A stretch of DNA of 64,000 bases from Macrostomum lignano (Eukaryota). The notes below the pieces were generated by a model, which saw nothing but the letters and a program-made list of their open reading frames with translations, searched no databases and was not told where the DNA came from. The stretch is from contig NIVC01001516.1 of the NCBI GenBank assembly GCA_002269645.1, positions 1 through 64,000 on the forward strand, written 5' to 3'. The position numbers and the translations under genes were made by a program. Positions 22,801-35,163 of the stretch are shown here, in pieces (the first letter of the stretch is position 1; each line of letters begins with the position of its first letter).

Positions 22801-25800
22801 AAGGCAATCTAGCAAGTTTCTTTTAAAATTACTTTATAAGTTAAATGGCCTCCTAACCTAAGAAATGCATGCTTCCTTGGTTATTAGACTGATGCAAATT
22901 GCAGTAGAGCTGAAGATACACAAATTCCATTTAGTGCTACAAATTGGCAAGAAAGATGACATGATCAAAGCATAAGAACAACCATGAGAGTACTATGTCC
23001 TACAAACTGGCTTTCTAAGCATATGGGTAGACTTTTATCTTAAGGGCCAGATAAAGAATCCAGCTTATGGCTAAGGGGCAGATGAGAGTGGAAAGAAAGA
23101 ATAGACAATTCAAAAAGAAAGGAGAGGCAACAGAGGGGATAAAAGAAAAGAAAGAAAATAATAGGAGAGATAAGAAGGTGAGGACAATAAGAGAGAGAGG
23201 GGGAGAAGAAGGTAGAGAGGAAAAGTGAGATGAGAGAAGAAAGAGTAGAGAGGAGAAAGAGAGTAAATACATGAAAGAGCAGAGAGCCATAGGAGAGAGA
23301 AGTAGAGAAAAGAGAAGAAAGAGGTGAAAGGGAAGAGAAGAAAGAAGAGAGGAAACAGTAAGAGAAGATAAAAGTTTCAAAGGATCCAAGGGATGTAAGG
23401 AAAGTCAAAGGCAAAGGCCAAAGCTTGTCAATATATGTTTTAGAGTCAGATAGAATTGCTTGACATTCAATCCTTGACATTCAGCACCCCAGCCAATAAT
23501 ATCAAATGTTTGCTTCAAACTCCACTTTATATTTACCTATATCCTACTAACTATTAAAAAGTTTTTGATTGAGTATGGCCTCAGACTTCAGAATATATGC
23601 AAAATAGTTCCAGGGATTGGAATTCCCTAGGTTCAAAATCTATCAGTTTCAATAGCTTGTACAAATATAAATCTAAAAACAAGGAATAATAGTTATAGAA
23701 AAAACTTTTTTGTAAAGATTTGTATAATTTATTTTCCCACTTGGTATTATGCAAAATATGCTTTTTTATATATGCTATACATTAATGCTTTTTATATATG
23801 CTATTATACATTGTGCTGTCTATGTTAGGCAGTGTAGACTCTGTAGAGCTTGACCACTTTCTGTTACACTGCATTAGGTAGTGTGATGCTAGACTTACTT
23901 TCTGCACTAGAATTTCCTACAAAAAGGCCACCTTCCTGACTATGGCAATTACCCCTGTAAGTTATTATCAAGACTAATGATGGCCTAAACTAAGTTTATA
24001 GATTTTATTGTATTGTATTTTGGTAATTGTGTTATCATTTTGTTAATATTTTGTTTTAGTTCCAGTTACACATTTTGGCACCAATTTGAATTTAATGTGC
24101 ACATCTACAGTTATGCTAGTTAGGTATATGGAATTTCTATTATCTTAGACAAGGCCAAAACAACTAAAATATTTGATGTTTCAAAAAGTAAAGTTCTGTG
24201 GGACTTCTACCAGTTTCTATGCTTTTGGAGCCTAACATTTGGAATCCCAGGTCCTCAGCTTGCTTTTCAATGTTTTAATTGATAACAATTAAATTATAAA
24301 GTAATCTATTCAGAACTTCTCTACAATGACTTTATTATTGTTATTGTTATTATATTATTAGGGCAAGCATTTATTTTATTGAGCTTTATACCCTTATCCT
24401 ATATATGAAGTCCTAAGTAGCTAAAAAGTTTAGAATAACTTTTTTTAGCCAAACCTTTTTAACATCAGAGCAAAGAAAAGAGGGACTGTTGTATGAAAAG
24501 TAACTTAGGATAGCAAATAGCTACTTTGTATAGTAGATAAGGATGGGTATTATTAGCATAGATTGATGCTGATAAAAATGAGAATAAGTACTTTTATTTT
24601 CCTTTGGCTTACTTGGCTGACATTATGTGTAAGTTCGATGCTTGATTTGTCCTTGCCTTTCATGTTCTAAGTCGCACAAGTGTTTCTGTTTGATGCCTCA
24701 ATTGCAAATAATTCGAACTCATTTTTATTCAACCCAGCTGCAAAACATCGGCATCAACAATGCCAGCATCGGGTTCTCCACCCTCACCATGGAGTCGGAT
24801 CGGTTCATCTGCATCCGAGAGAAAGTTGGCGAAACCGCCCAAGTAGTGATTGTGGACATGAACGATCACAATAATCCTACTAGGCGGCCAATATCGGCCG
24901 ATAGTGCCATCATGAATCCCGTTAGCAAAGTGATCGCGCTGAAGGCCGGCAAGAGTTTGCAAATATTCAACATCGAATTGAAATCGAAAATCAAATCGCA
25001 CGCCATGACCGAAGAGGTCACCTTCTGGCGTTGGATTACTGTCAATACTATCGCTTTAGTGACGGAGACGGCCGCTTATCATTGGAGTCTGGAGGGCGAT
25101 TCGACTCCAGTGAAGATGTTCGATAGGCATGCCTCGCTGTCCGGCTGTCAGATAATTAACTACAGGTGCGACAATAGCCAGAAATGGCTGCTAATCATAG
25201 GCATATCGGCCCAGCAGAATCGCGTGGCTGGAGCTATGCAGCTGTATAGCGTCGAGCGCCGCGTCTCCCAGCCAATAGAAGGCCACGCCGGCGTGTTTAT
25301 GGAATTCCGCGTCGAAGCCAATGCCCAGCCGTCTAATCTGTTCTGCTTCGCCAATAGAGGCCTGCAGGGAGCCAAGCTGCACATTATTGAAGTTGGCCAG
25401 CCACCGTCTGGCAATCAGCCCTATCCGAAGAAGCAGGTAGATCTGTTCTTCCCACCCGAGGCCACTTCGGATTTTCCCGTTGCTATGCAAGCCTCTTCTA
25501 AGCACGGCGTTATCTACATGGTCACTAAGTACGGCTATATTCACCTGTACGACTTGGACACGGCCACCTGTCTCTATATGAACCGGATCAGTAGCGAGAC
25601 TATTTTTGTCACCGTACCGCACGAAGCCAGCGGCGGTATAATGGGCGTTAATAGGAAAGGCCAAGTGCTCAGTGTCAGCATGGATGAGGACAATGTTATC
25701 GGTTAGTTTGAATCTGTTTTTAAACTGTTTAGCTCTTTAGGCATTCGAGTGGTTGGCGGTAATTTTATAATAAAACAGTTTTTTGCGACGGTCACCTTAA

Positions 25801-28800
25801 GCTCAAAGAGTCGGGCTGAGGGGGTTTGCGGCAGTTTCAATGAAGATGTTTGATTTGCGGCAGTTTCAATGAAGATGTTTGATTTGCGGCGGTCACTTCA
25901 AAGAGTCGGGCTAGGGGGGGGTTGGCGGCAGTTTTATCGAGACTGATCTGTCGGCGGTCACTTCAAAGAGTCGGGCTAAGGGAGTTGGCGGCAGTTTCAA
26001 TGAAGATGCTTGATCTGTTTGCGGTCACTTTAAAGAGTTCGGACTGAGGGGGGGGGGTTGCGGCGGTTTCAATAAAGATGTTTGATCCGTTGGTGGTCAC
26101 TTCAAATTAATCTAGCTAATTAACCTAACACCTGGCACTCTCACCTTAGGCTACGTGACCAACAATCTGCAAAATCCCGATTTGGCCCTGAAGCTGGCTT
26201 CGCGCAACAACCTTCAAGGCGCGGACGATCTGTTCCTGCGCAAATTCAACGCCCTGTTCCAGCAGGGCAACTACTCCGAAGCGGCCAAAGTGGCCGCCAG
26301 CGCGCCAAAGGGTATCCTGCGTACGCCGCAAACTATTCAGCGATTTCAGCAGGTGCCAGTGCAGCCTGGCACTACTTCGCCAATGCTGCAGTACTTCACC
26401 ATCCTGTTAGACCAGGGCCAGCTGAACAAATACGAGAGCCTGGAGCTGTGCCGACCAGTGCTGCAGCAGGGTCGCAAACAGGTTGTTGAGAAATGGTTGA
26501 AAGAGGACAAGCTGGAATGCTCTGAGGAGCTTGGCGACCTGGTGAAACAGACTGATCCAACACTGGCTCTGAGCGTCTACCTGAGAGCCAATGTGCCCCA
26601 CAAGGTCATTCAGTGCTTTGCCGAGACTGGGCAGTTCCAGAAGATTGTGCTCTACGCCAAGAAGGTGAGACTAACAGTTGGTCTTGAGGCTTATGGCCAA
26701 TTTAGGGTCTGTTAATAGGTCAGGCTCGGTCTTAAGGTCATGATTTGGGCCCTTGTTGGTTGCTTCTCACATGTAGGTTATAAATGGGCCTAATGAGTCA
26801 TGCGCTGGGTCAAGTATCAAATCTTAAAATGAGTCTGCCACTGGGTCAAAAATCGAGCTCTAAAGTGGGTCATGCGCTGGGTCAAGTATCAAGTCTTAAA
26901 ATGAGTCTGCCACTGGGTTAAGGATCGAGCTGTAAAGTAGGTCGGGCACTGGGTCATGGATCAAGTCGAAAAATGGGTCGGGCACTGGGTCAAGGATCGA
27001 GCTTTAAAGTGGGTCAGGCACTGGGTCAAGGATCGAGCTCTAAAGTGGGTCGGGCACTGGGTCATGGATCAAGTCGTAAAATGGGTCGGGCACAGGATCA
27101 AAGATCCGATTTAAAATGGGTCAGCCACTGGGTTAAGGATCGAGCTCTAAAGTGGGTCGGGCACTGGGTCAAGGATCGAGCTCTAAAGTGGGTCGGGCAC
27201 TGGGTCATGGATCAAGTCGTAAAATGGGTCGGGCACAGGATCAAAGATCCGATTTAAAATGGGTCAGCCACTGGGTTAAGGATCGAGCTCTAAAGTGGGT
27301 CGGGCACTGGGTCAAGGATCGAGCTCTAAAGTGGGTTAGCCATTGGGTCAAGGATCGAGCTCTAAAGTGGGTCGGGCACTGGGTCATGGATCAAGTCGTA
27401 AAATGGGTCGGGCACAGGATCAAAGATCCGATTTAAAATGGGTCAGCCACTGGGTTAAGGATCGAGCTCTAAAGTGGGTCGGGCACTGGGTCAAGGATCG
27501 AGCTCTAAAGTGGGTTAGCCATTGGGTCAAGGATCGAGCTCTAAAGTGGGTCGGGCACTGGGTCATGGATCAAGTCGTAAAATGGGTCGGGCACAGGATC
27601 AAAGATCCGATTTAAAATGGGTCAGCCACTGGGTTAAGGATCGAGCTCTAAAGTGGGTCGGGCACTGGGTCAAGGATCGAGCTCTAAAGTGGGTTAGCCA
27701 TTGGGTTAAGGATCAAGCTCTAAAGTGGGTCGGGCACTGGGTCAAGGATCGAGCTCTAAAGTGGGTTAGCCATTGGGTCAAGGATCGAGCTCTAAAGTGG
27801 GTCAGCCATTGGGTCAAGGATCGAGCTCTAAAGTGGGTTAGCCATTGGGTCAAGGATCGAGCTCTAAAGTGGGTCGGGCACTGGGTCATGGATCAAGTCG
27901 TAAAATGGGTCGGGCACAGGATCAAAGATCCGATTTAAAATGGGTCAGCCACTGGGTTAAGGATCGAGCTCTAAAGTGGGTCGGGCACTGGGTCAAGGAT
28001 CGAGCTCTAAAGTGGGTTAGCCATTGGGTCAAGGATCGAGCTCTAAAGTGGGTCGGGCACTGGGTCATGGATCAAGTCGTAAAATGGGTCGGGCACAGGA
28101 TCAAAGATCCGATTTAAAATGGGTCAGCCACTGGGTTAAGGATCGAGCTCTAAAGTGGGTCGGGCACTGGGTCAAGGATCGAGCTCTAAAGTGGGTTAGC
28201 CATTGGGTCAAGGATCGAGCTCTAAAGTGGGTCAGCCATTGGGTCAAGGATCGAGCTCTAAAGTGGGTCAGCCATTGGGTCAAGGATCGAGCTCTAAAGT
28301 GGGTCAGCCATTGGGTCAAGGATCGAGCTCTAAAGTGGGTCAGCCATTGGGTCAAGGATCGAGCTCTAAAGTGGGTCGGGCACTGGATCAAGGATCGAGC
28401 TCTAAAATGGGTCAGCCACTGGGTTAAGGATCGAGCTCTAAAGTGGGTCGGGCACTGGGTCAAGGATCGAGCTCTAAAGTGGGTTAGCCATTGGGTCAAG
28501 GATCGAGCTCTAAAGTGGGTCGGGCACTGGGTCATGGATCAAGTCGTAAAATGGGTCGGGCACAGGATCAAAGATCCGATTTAAAATGGGTCAGCCACTG
28601 GGTTAAGGATCGAGCTCTAAAGTGGGGCAGCCATTGGGTTAAGGATCGAGCTCTAAAGTGGGTCGGGCACTGGGTCAAGGATCGAGCTCTAAAGTGGGTC
28701 AGCCATTGGGTCAAGGATCGAGCTCTAAAGTGGGTCGGGCACTGGATCAAGGATCGAGCTCTAAAGTAGGTCGAGCACTGGGTCAAGGATCAAGTCCTAA

Positions 28801-31800
28801 TTGGGCAAGGCTCAAAGATCTGATTCGAGTCCTTAATGAACCGGGTACTGTGGTGTCAGGAAACAGCCTTAGCCGGCTCAAGAGTAAAGCTCTGGATGGG
28901 TCACGCAGTGTGACAAGATTCGACATTAGCTGGTTTAGGAATCCAACTCTGAAAAGAACCGAGGAAAAAGAATGGAGCCTTCCATTTTAAGTTAATGAAT
29001 TTTGAACGGCAGCTTTAGCCTTCGATTAGCAACATTATTTTCCCCATTCCCCCCTTCTCAACAGGTCGGCTATTCGCCCGACTACATCTTCCTGCTGCGC
29101 AACCTGATGCGCATCAACCACGAGCAGGGCCTGCAGTTCGCCCAGATGCTGGTCCAAGACGACGAACCGCTGGCCGATATCAGCCTCATTGTTGACGTCT
29201 TCATGGAGCAGAATCTAGTGCAACAGTGCACCAGCTTCTTGCTAGACGCTCTGAAGAACAATCGGCCTAGCGAGGGTCACCTGCAGACTCGCCTGCTAGA
29301 GATGAACCTCATGTCCGCGCCTCAGGTGGCCGACGCCATCCTTGGCAACCAGATGTTCTCGCACTACGACAAGGCTCACGTTGCCAGCCTGTGCGAGAAG
29401 GCCGGCCTGTTGCAGCGGGCGCTGGAGCACTACACGGACCTGTACGACATCAAGCGGGCCGTGGTGCACACCCACATGCTCAACCCGGAGTGGCTGGTCA
29501 ACTACTTTGGCAATCTGAGCGTTGACGACTCGCTTGAATGCTTGAAAGCTATGCTGCAGGCTAATATTAGACAGAATCTGCAGGTAAATATGTCATCGTG
29601 TTCGCTGTGGTGCTACTGACCAGTCAGTAGTATGATCTCTTCTCCCTCCCGACCTATAGGCTCATTTATCTGCTTATCGTTCGCGCCATTCCAAGCAAAC
29701 TCTGCGGCCCTGTCGCTTCTCTGTCCCCATTTTATTGCCCCACCTTATCGCTCGCCCCTTGGCTGGGGAGAGGTTTTTGTCGCCATGTACATTATCTGCC
29801 ACGCTGACTGATGTACACTGTGCCTGCACTGATATCACGTGACTCTTCTAAAATCGATTTTGCAAATTTAGTTTGCCCTAGGCAAAAAATAGTTACCACT
29901 TTCTGTGCTTGCTACTGAATGGAAAGTAGTTAAAACGATAACTAAAAATAGACTAATCCCTCATCCTCCCACTATTACCCAGGTGTGCGTACAAATCGCC
30001 TCGAAATACCACGAGCAGCTTGGCGCCGCCGCCCTAATCGAGATATTCGAACAATTCAAAAGTTACGAGGGCCTGTTCTACTTCCTTGGCAGTATTGTGA
30101 ACTTTAGCCAGGACCCGGAGGTGCACTTCAAGTACATCCAGGCCGCCTGCAAGACCTCCCAGTTCAAAGAGGTCGAACGCATCGTTCGCGAGTCCAGCGT
30201 CTACGAGGCCGAGCGGGTAAAGAACTTTCTGAAGGAGGCCAAGCTGACCGACCAGCTGCCGCTCATCATCGTGTGCGACCGGTTCGACTTTGTGCACGAC
30301 CTGGTGCTCTACCTGTACCGCAACAGTCTGCAAAAGTACATTGAGATCTACGTGCAAAAGGTGGGCTATCGAATGGTTCTAAGAATCGCTCTTTAGCTGT
30401 AAATTAACTTCCGAAGTCATTCATTTCTTTTTGAGAGTCGCTCTCCATCTCCTCTTGAGAATCGCCCTCCATCTCCCCTTGAGAATCGCCCTTCATCTCC
30501 CCTTGAGAATCGCCCTCCATCTCCCCTTGAGAATCGCCCTTCATCTCCCCTTGAGAATCGCCCTTCATCTCCCCTTGAGAATCGCCCTTCATCTCCCCTT
30601 GAGAATCGTCTTCAATCTCCCCTTGAGAATCGCCCTTCATCTCCCCTTGAGAATCGCCCTCCATCTCACCTTGAGAATCGCCCTTCATCTCCCCTTGAGA
30701 ATCGCCCTTCATCTCCCCTTGAGAATCGCCCTTCATCTCCCCTTGAGAATCGCCCTCCATCTCCCCTTGAGAATCGCCCTTCATCTCCCCTTGAGAATCG
30801 CCCTCCATCTCCCCTTGAGAATCGCCCTCCATCTCCCCTTGAGAATCGCCCTTCATCTCCCCTTGAGAATCGCCCTTCATCTCCCCTTGAGAATCGCCCT
30901 TTATCTCCCCTTGAGAATCGCCCTTTACATACATGCGCAACCTCCAAATTTCGGTCGGCCATGCGACTTAGTTTTAACAAAAATGCGACGTTGTTTTTGG
31001 CCAAAAATGCGACTTACATGTAAAAAAACCCGAAAGCAAAATTAACGCAACTTTGGGTAAACGGCAGGAGTAACTATGACTGTCTTATAAAGCCAAAATG
31101 CCTCGTCAGCTACTTAGTACTACTACTCTGTGTTTTTTCGGGTTGGCATTTTTGCGACTTCCTTGGTTGGCCGCCAAATCGGTCGGCCGGATCGGCCGAC
31201 TCGGCCGACTGTTGCGCATGTATGGCCCTTTATCTCCCCTTGAGAATCGTCTTCAATCTCCCCTGGAGAATCGCCCCCATCTTCCTTTAGAATATCCTCT
31301 ATATTTTCCTTGAGAATCATCCTCTATCTCACCTTAAGAATCGTCCTCTATTTCACCTTGAGAATAATCTCCATAATTCTCACAATACCTGTCGCAGGTG
31401 AACCCAAGCCGTCTTCCGGTAGTAGTGGGCGGCCTACTGGACGTCGACTGCGCCGAAGACGTGATCAAGCAGCTCATCCTGGTTGTTCGCGGCCAATTCT
31501 CAACGGACGAACTCGTTGCCGAAGTGGAGAAGCGCAACCGATTGAAACTGCTGCTACCCTGGCTGGAGCACCGGGTGCATGAGGGCTCGGAGGAGCCGGC
31601 CACGCACAATGCCCTGGCCAAGATCTACATCGACGCTAATAACAATCCGGAGCGGTTCCTCAGGGAGAACCGGTTCTACGATTCCCGGGTGATTGGCAAG
31701 TACACTGAGAAGCGCGACCCTCACCTGTCCTGTATCGCCTACGAGCGGGGCCAGTGCGACGACGACCTCATCCGAGTGTGCAACGAGAATTCTCTGTTCA

Positions 31801-34800
31801 AATCGCAGGCCAGGTATCTGGTTAAGCGCAAGGATGAGGCTCTGTGGGCCCGCGTGCTGCAGGAGGACAACGTCTATCGGAGGCAGCTGATTGATCAGGT
31901 CTGTACAGCTGTTAATGAATCGCTAATCTAATTCACACATTTAAAAAGCTAGTTTTTATTTAGGCTGAATTAATTAGCATTCGAGGTTCAGTAATGTGAA
32001 AGTAAAGGTAATTATTTCGCAAGGGGTTTTAATTATTACGTAGGATAAACAGCCAAGGCTAATTGCTGTGTTAGCGAGGCTAGTTATAAATGATAAACAG
32101 CTATGGCTAATTGCTGTGTTAGCGAGGCTAATTATAAATGATAAACAGCCAAGGCTAATTGCTGTGTTAGCGAGGCTAGTTATAAATGATAAACAGCTAT
32201 GGCTAATTGCTGTGTTAGCGAGGCTAATTATAAATGATAAACAGCCAAGGCTAATTGCTGTGTTAGCGAGGCTAGTTATAAATGATAAACAGCTATGGCT
32301 AATTGCTGTGTTAGCGAGGCTAATTATAAATGATAAACAGCCAAGGCTAATTGCTGTGTTAGCGAGGCTAGTTATAAATGATAAACAGCTATGGCTAATT
32401 GCTGTGTTAGCGAGGCTAATTATAATGATAAACAGCTATGGCTAATTGCTGTGTTAGCGAGGCTAATTATAAATGATAAACAGCCAAGGCTAATTGCTGT
32501 GTTAGCGAGGCTAATTATAATCAGTCTGGATAATTAATATGTTAAAATTCCTATCCCAGGTGGTGCAAACCGCTCTCTCCGAGACAAACGATCCTGAGGA
32601 GATCTCCGTTAGCGTAAAATCCTTCATGGCTGCCGACCTGCCCAACGAGCTTATCGAGTTGTTGGAAAAAATTGTGCTGGACAATACGGTGTTCTCGGAT
32701 CATCGCAATCTGCAGAACCTACTGATCCTCACCGCCATCAAAGCCGACCGCAATCGGGTCATGGAGTACATCACTAAGCTGGAGAACTTCGACGCACCTG
32801 AGATTGCCCAGATTGCCATCAGCAATCAGCTGTTTGAGGAGGCTTTCGCCGTATTCAAGAAATTTGAAGTTAACGAGAGCGCCATTAAGGTGCGTTATTG
32901 ATTGGACGATTATATTAGGATAAACTCCTAAACGAATCCGCGTCCCCACAAGTGCTAATCGAGCGCATCCGCATAACAACTAAACCCCAAATCGAATACT
33001 CGTCCCCACAGGTGCTAATCGAGCACATCCGCATCCCAACTAACCTCCCAATCAATTCCGCAGTCTCACAGGTGCTAATCGAGCACATCCGTTATATAGC
33101 AACTAAACCCCCAGTTAAGTTCGAATCTCACAGGTGCTAATCGAGCACATCCGCATAGCAACCAAACCCGCCCCGATAAAATTCGCTTCTCACAGGTGCT
33201 AATCGAGCACATCCGCAACCTCGATCGAGCCTACGAATTTGCCGAGAAGTGCAACGAGCCGGCAGTGTGGTCCCAGCTAGCCAGCGCTCAACTCGAAGAA
33301 GGCTTCGTCAAAGAGGCCATTGACAGCTTCATCAAGGCCAACGATCCCAGTTGCTATGTGGACGTTGTTCGAGTTGCCGGCGAGACCGGGCACTGGGAAG
33401 ACCTAGTGAAGTTCCTGCTCATGGCTCGCAAAAAGGCCAAGGAGTCCTTCATCGAGACCGAGCTGGTGTTTGCCTACGCCAAAACCGGTCGCCTAGCGGA
33501 CATGGAAGAGTACATCAACTCGCCTAATCATGCCAAAATTGCCGAAGTTGCCGATAGGTGCTTCGACCAGGAGATGTACGAGGCCGCCAAGATTCTCTAT
33601 AGCAACGTGTCTAATTACGCTAGGCTGGCCATCACCCAGGTTAAACTGGGCGAGTTCCAGAGCGCCGTCGAGTCCGCTAGGAAGGCTAATTCTACAAAAA
33701 CTTGGAAAGAGGCGAGTCATTGTCTACTCGATGGAAATTGTTTTACATAATTCAATAGCCAGCAGCTTTTTTACTTGCTAGAAAACTCCATTTTAGCTGT
33801 AAGATCCCACACCAAGCTGCAAGATCCCAAACTCAGCTAAAAGATCCCAATCTCAGCTGAAAGATCCCAAACTATGCTGAAATATCTCAAACTAAGCTGA
33901 AAGATCCCACACTAAGTTAAAAGATCCCAAACTATGCTGAAAGATCACAAGCTAAGCTAAAATATCCCAAACGAAGCTGAAAGATCCCAAGATAAGCAAA
34001 AAGATCCCAAGATAAGCAAAAAGATCCCAAGATAAGCAAAAAGATCCCAAGATAAGCAAAAAGATCCCAAGATAAGCAAAAAGATCCCAAGATAAGCAAA
34101 AAGATCCCAAGATAAGCTAAAAGATCCCAAACTAAGCTGAAAGATCCCAAGCTCAGCTGAAAGATCCCAAACTAAGTTAAAAGATCTCAAGCTCAGCTGA
34201 AAGATCCCAATAAGCTGAAAGATCCCAAGCTCAGCTGAAAGATCCCAATAAGCTGAAAGATCCCAAACTAAGCTGAAAGATCCCAATAAGCTGAAAGATC
34301 CCAAACTAAGCTGAAAGATCCCAATAAGCTGAAAGATCCCAAACTAAGCTGAAAGATCCCAATAAGCTGAAAGATCCCAAACTAAGCTGAAAGATCCCAA
34401 TAAGCTGAAAGATCCCAAACTAAGCTGAAAGATCCCAATAAGCTGAAATATCCCAAATTAAGCTGAACGATTCCAAACTGCATCTCATATATCCCAGTTA
34501 ATCACAATATCAACCACAACTTTTTACCATCCTGTAAACTCCCCCCCCCCACCTCGTCATCATTATCCAGGTGTGCTTCTCTTGCCTAGAGAGCCAGGAG
34601 TATCGCCTAGCCCAGATCTGCGGCCTGAACATCATCATACACGCTGACGAGCTCGAGGAGCTGATCAACTTCTACCAGACCAGGGGCCTGTTCAACGAGC
34701 TCATTTCCCTGTTCGAGGCCGGCCTCGGGCTCGACCGCGCCCATATGGGATTGTTCACCGAGCTGGCCATTCTGTACAGCAAGTACCGGCCAGCCAAGCT

Positions 34801-35118
34801 CAAGGAGCACCTGGAGCTGTTCTGGTCCCGCATCAACATTCCCAAGGTGCTGCGCGCCGCCGAGCAGGCCCACCTGTGGTCCGAACTCGTGTTTCTATAC
34901 GAGAAATATGAAGAATTCGATAATGCCATACTCACTATGATGAAGCATCCCACCGAGGCCTGGCGAGAGTCCTTCTTTAAGGAGATGATCTCCAAGTGCG
35001 CTAATATCGAAATCTATTACAAGGCTATAAAGTTCTATCTGGACTTTAAGCCTCTGCTGCTCAATGACCTGCTGCAGGTGAGTCCGCCTGTAATGAATTT
35101 CATGTCTTTCTGTCTGTC

Positions 35119-35163
<45 letters not shown>

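Noticed and set aside
26973-28990. Repetitive ORFs ([12 protein letters not shown]...)
   Set aside because: Translations of the intronic 36-bp satellite.
30404-31045. MKGDSQGE and IALHLPLR repeat ORFs
   Set aside because: The 24-bp unit is a multiple of 3, so open frames arise trivially inside a clathrin intron.
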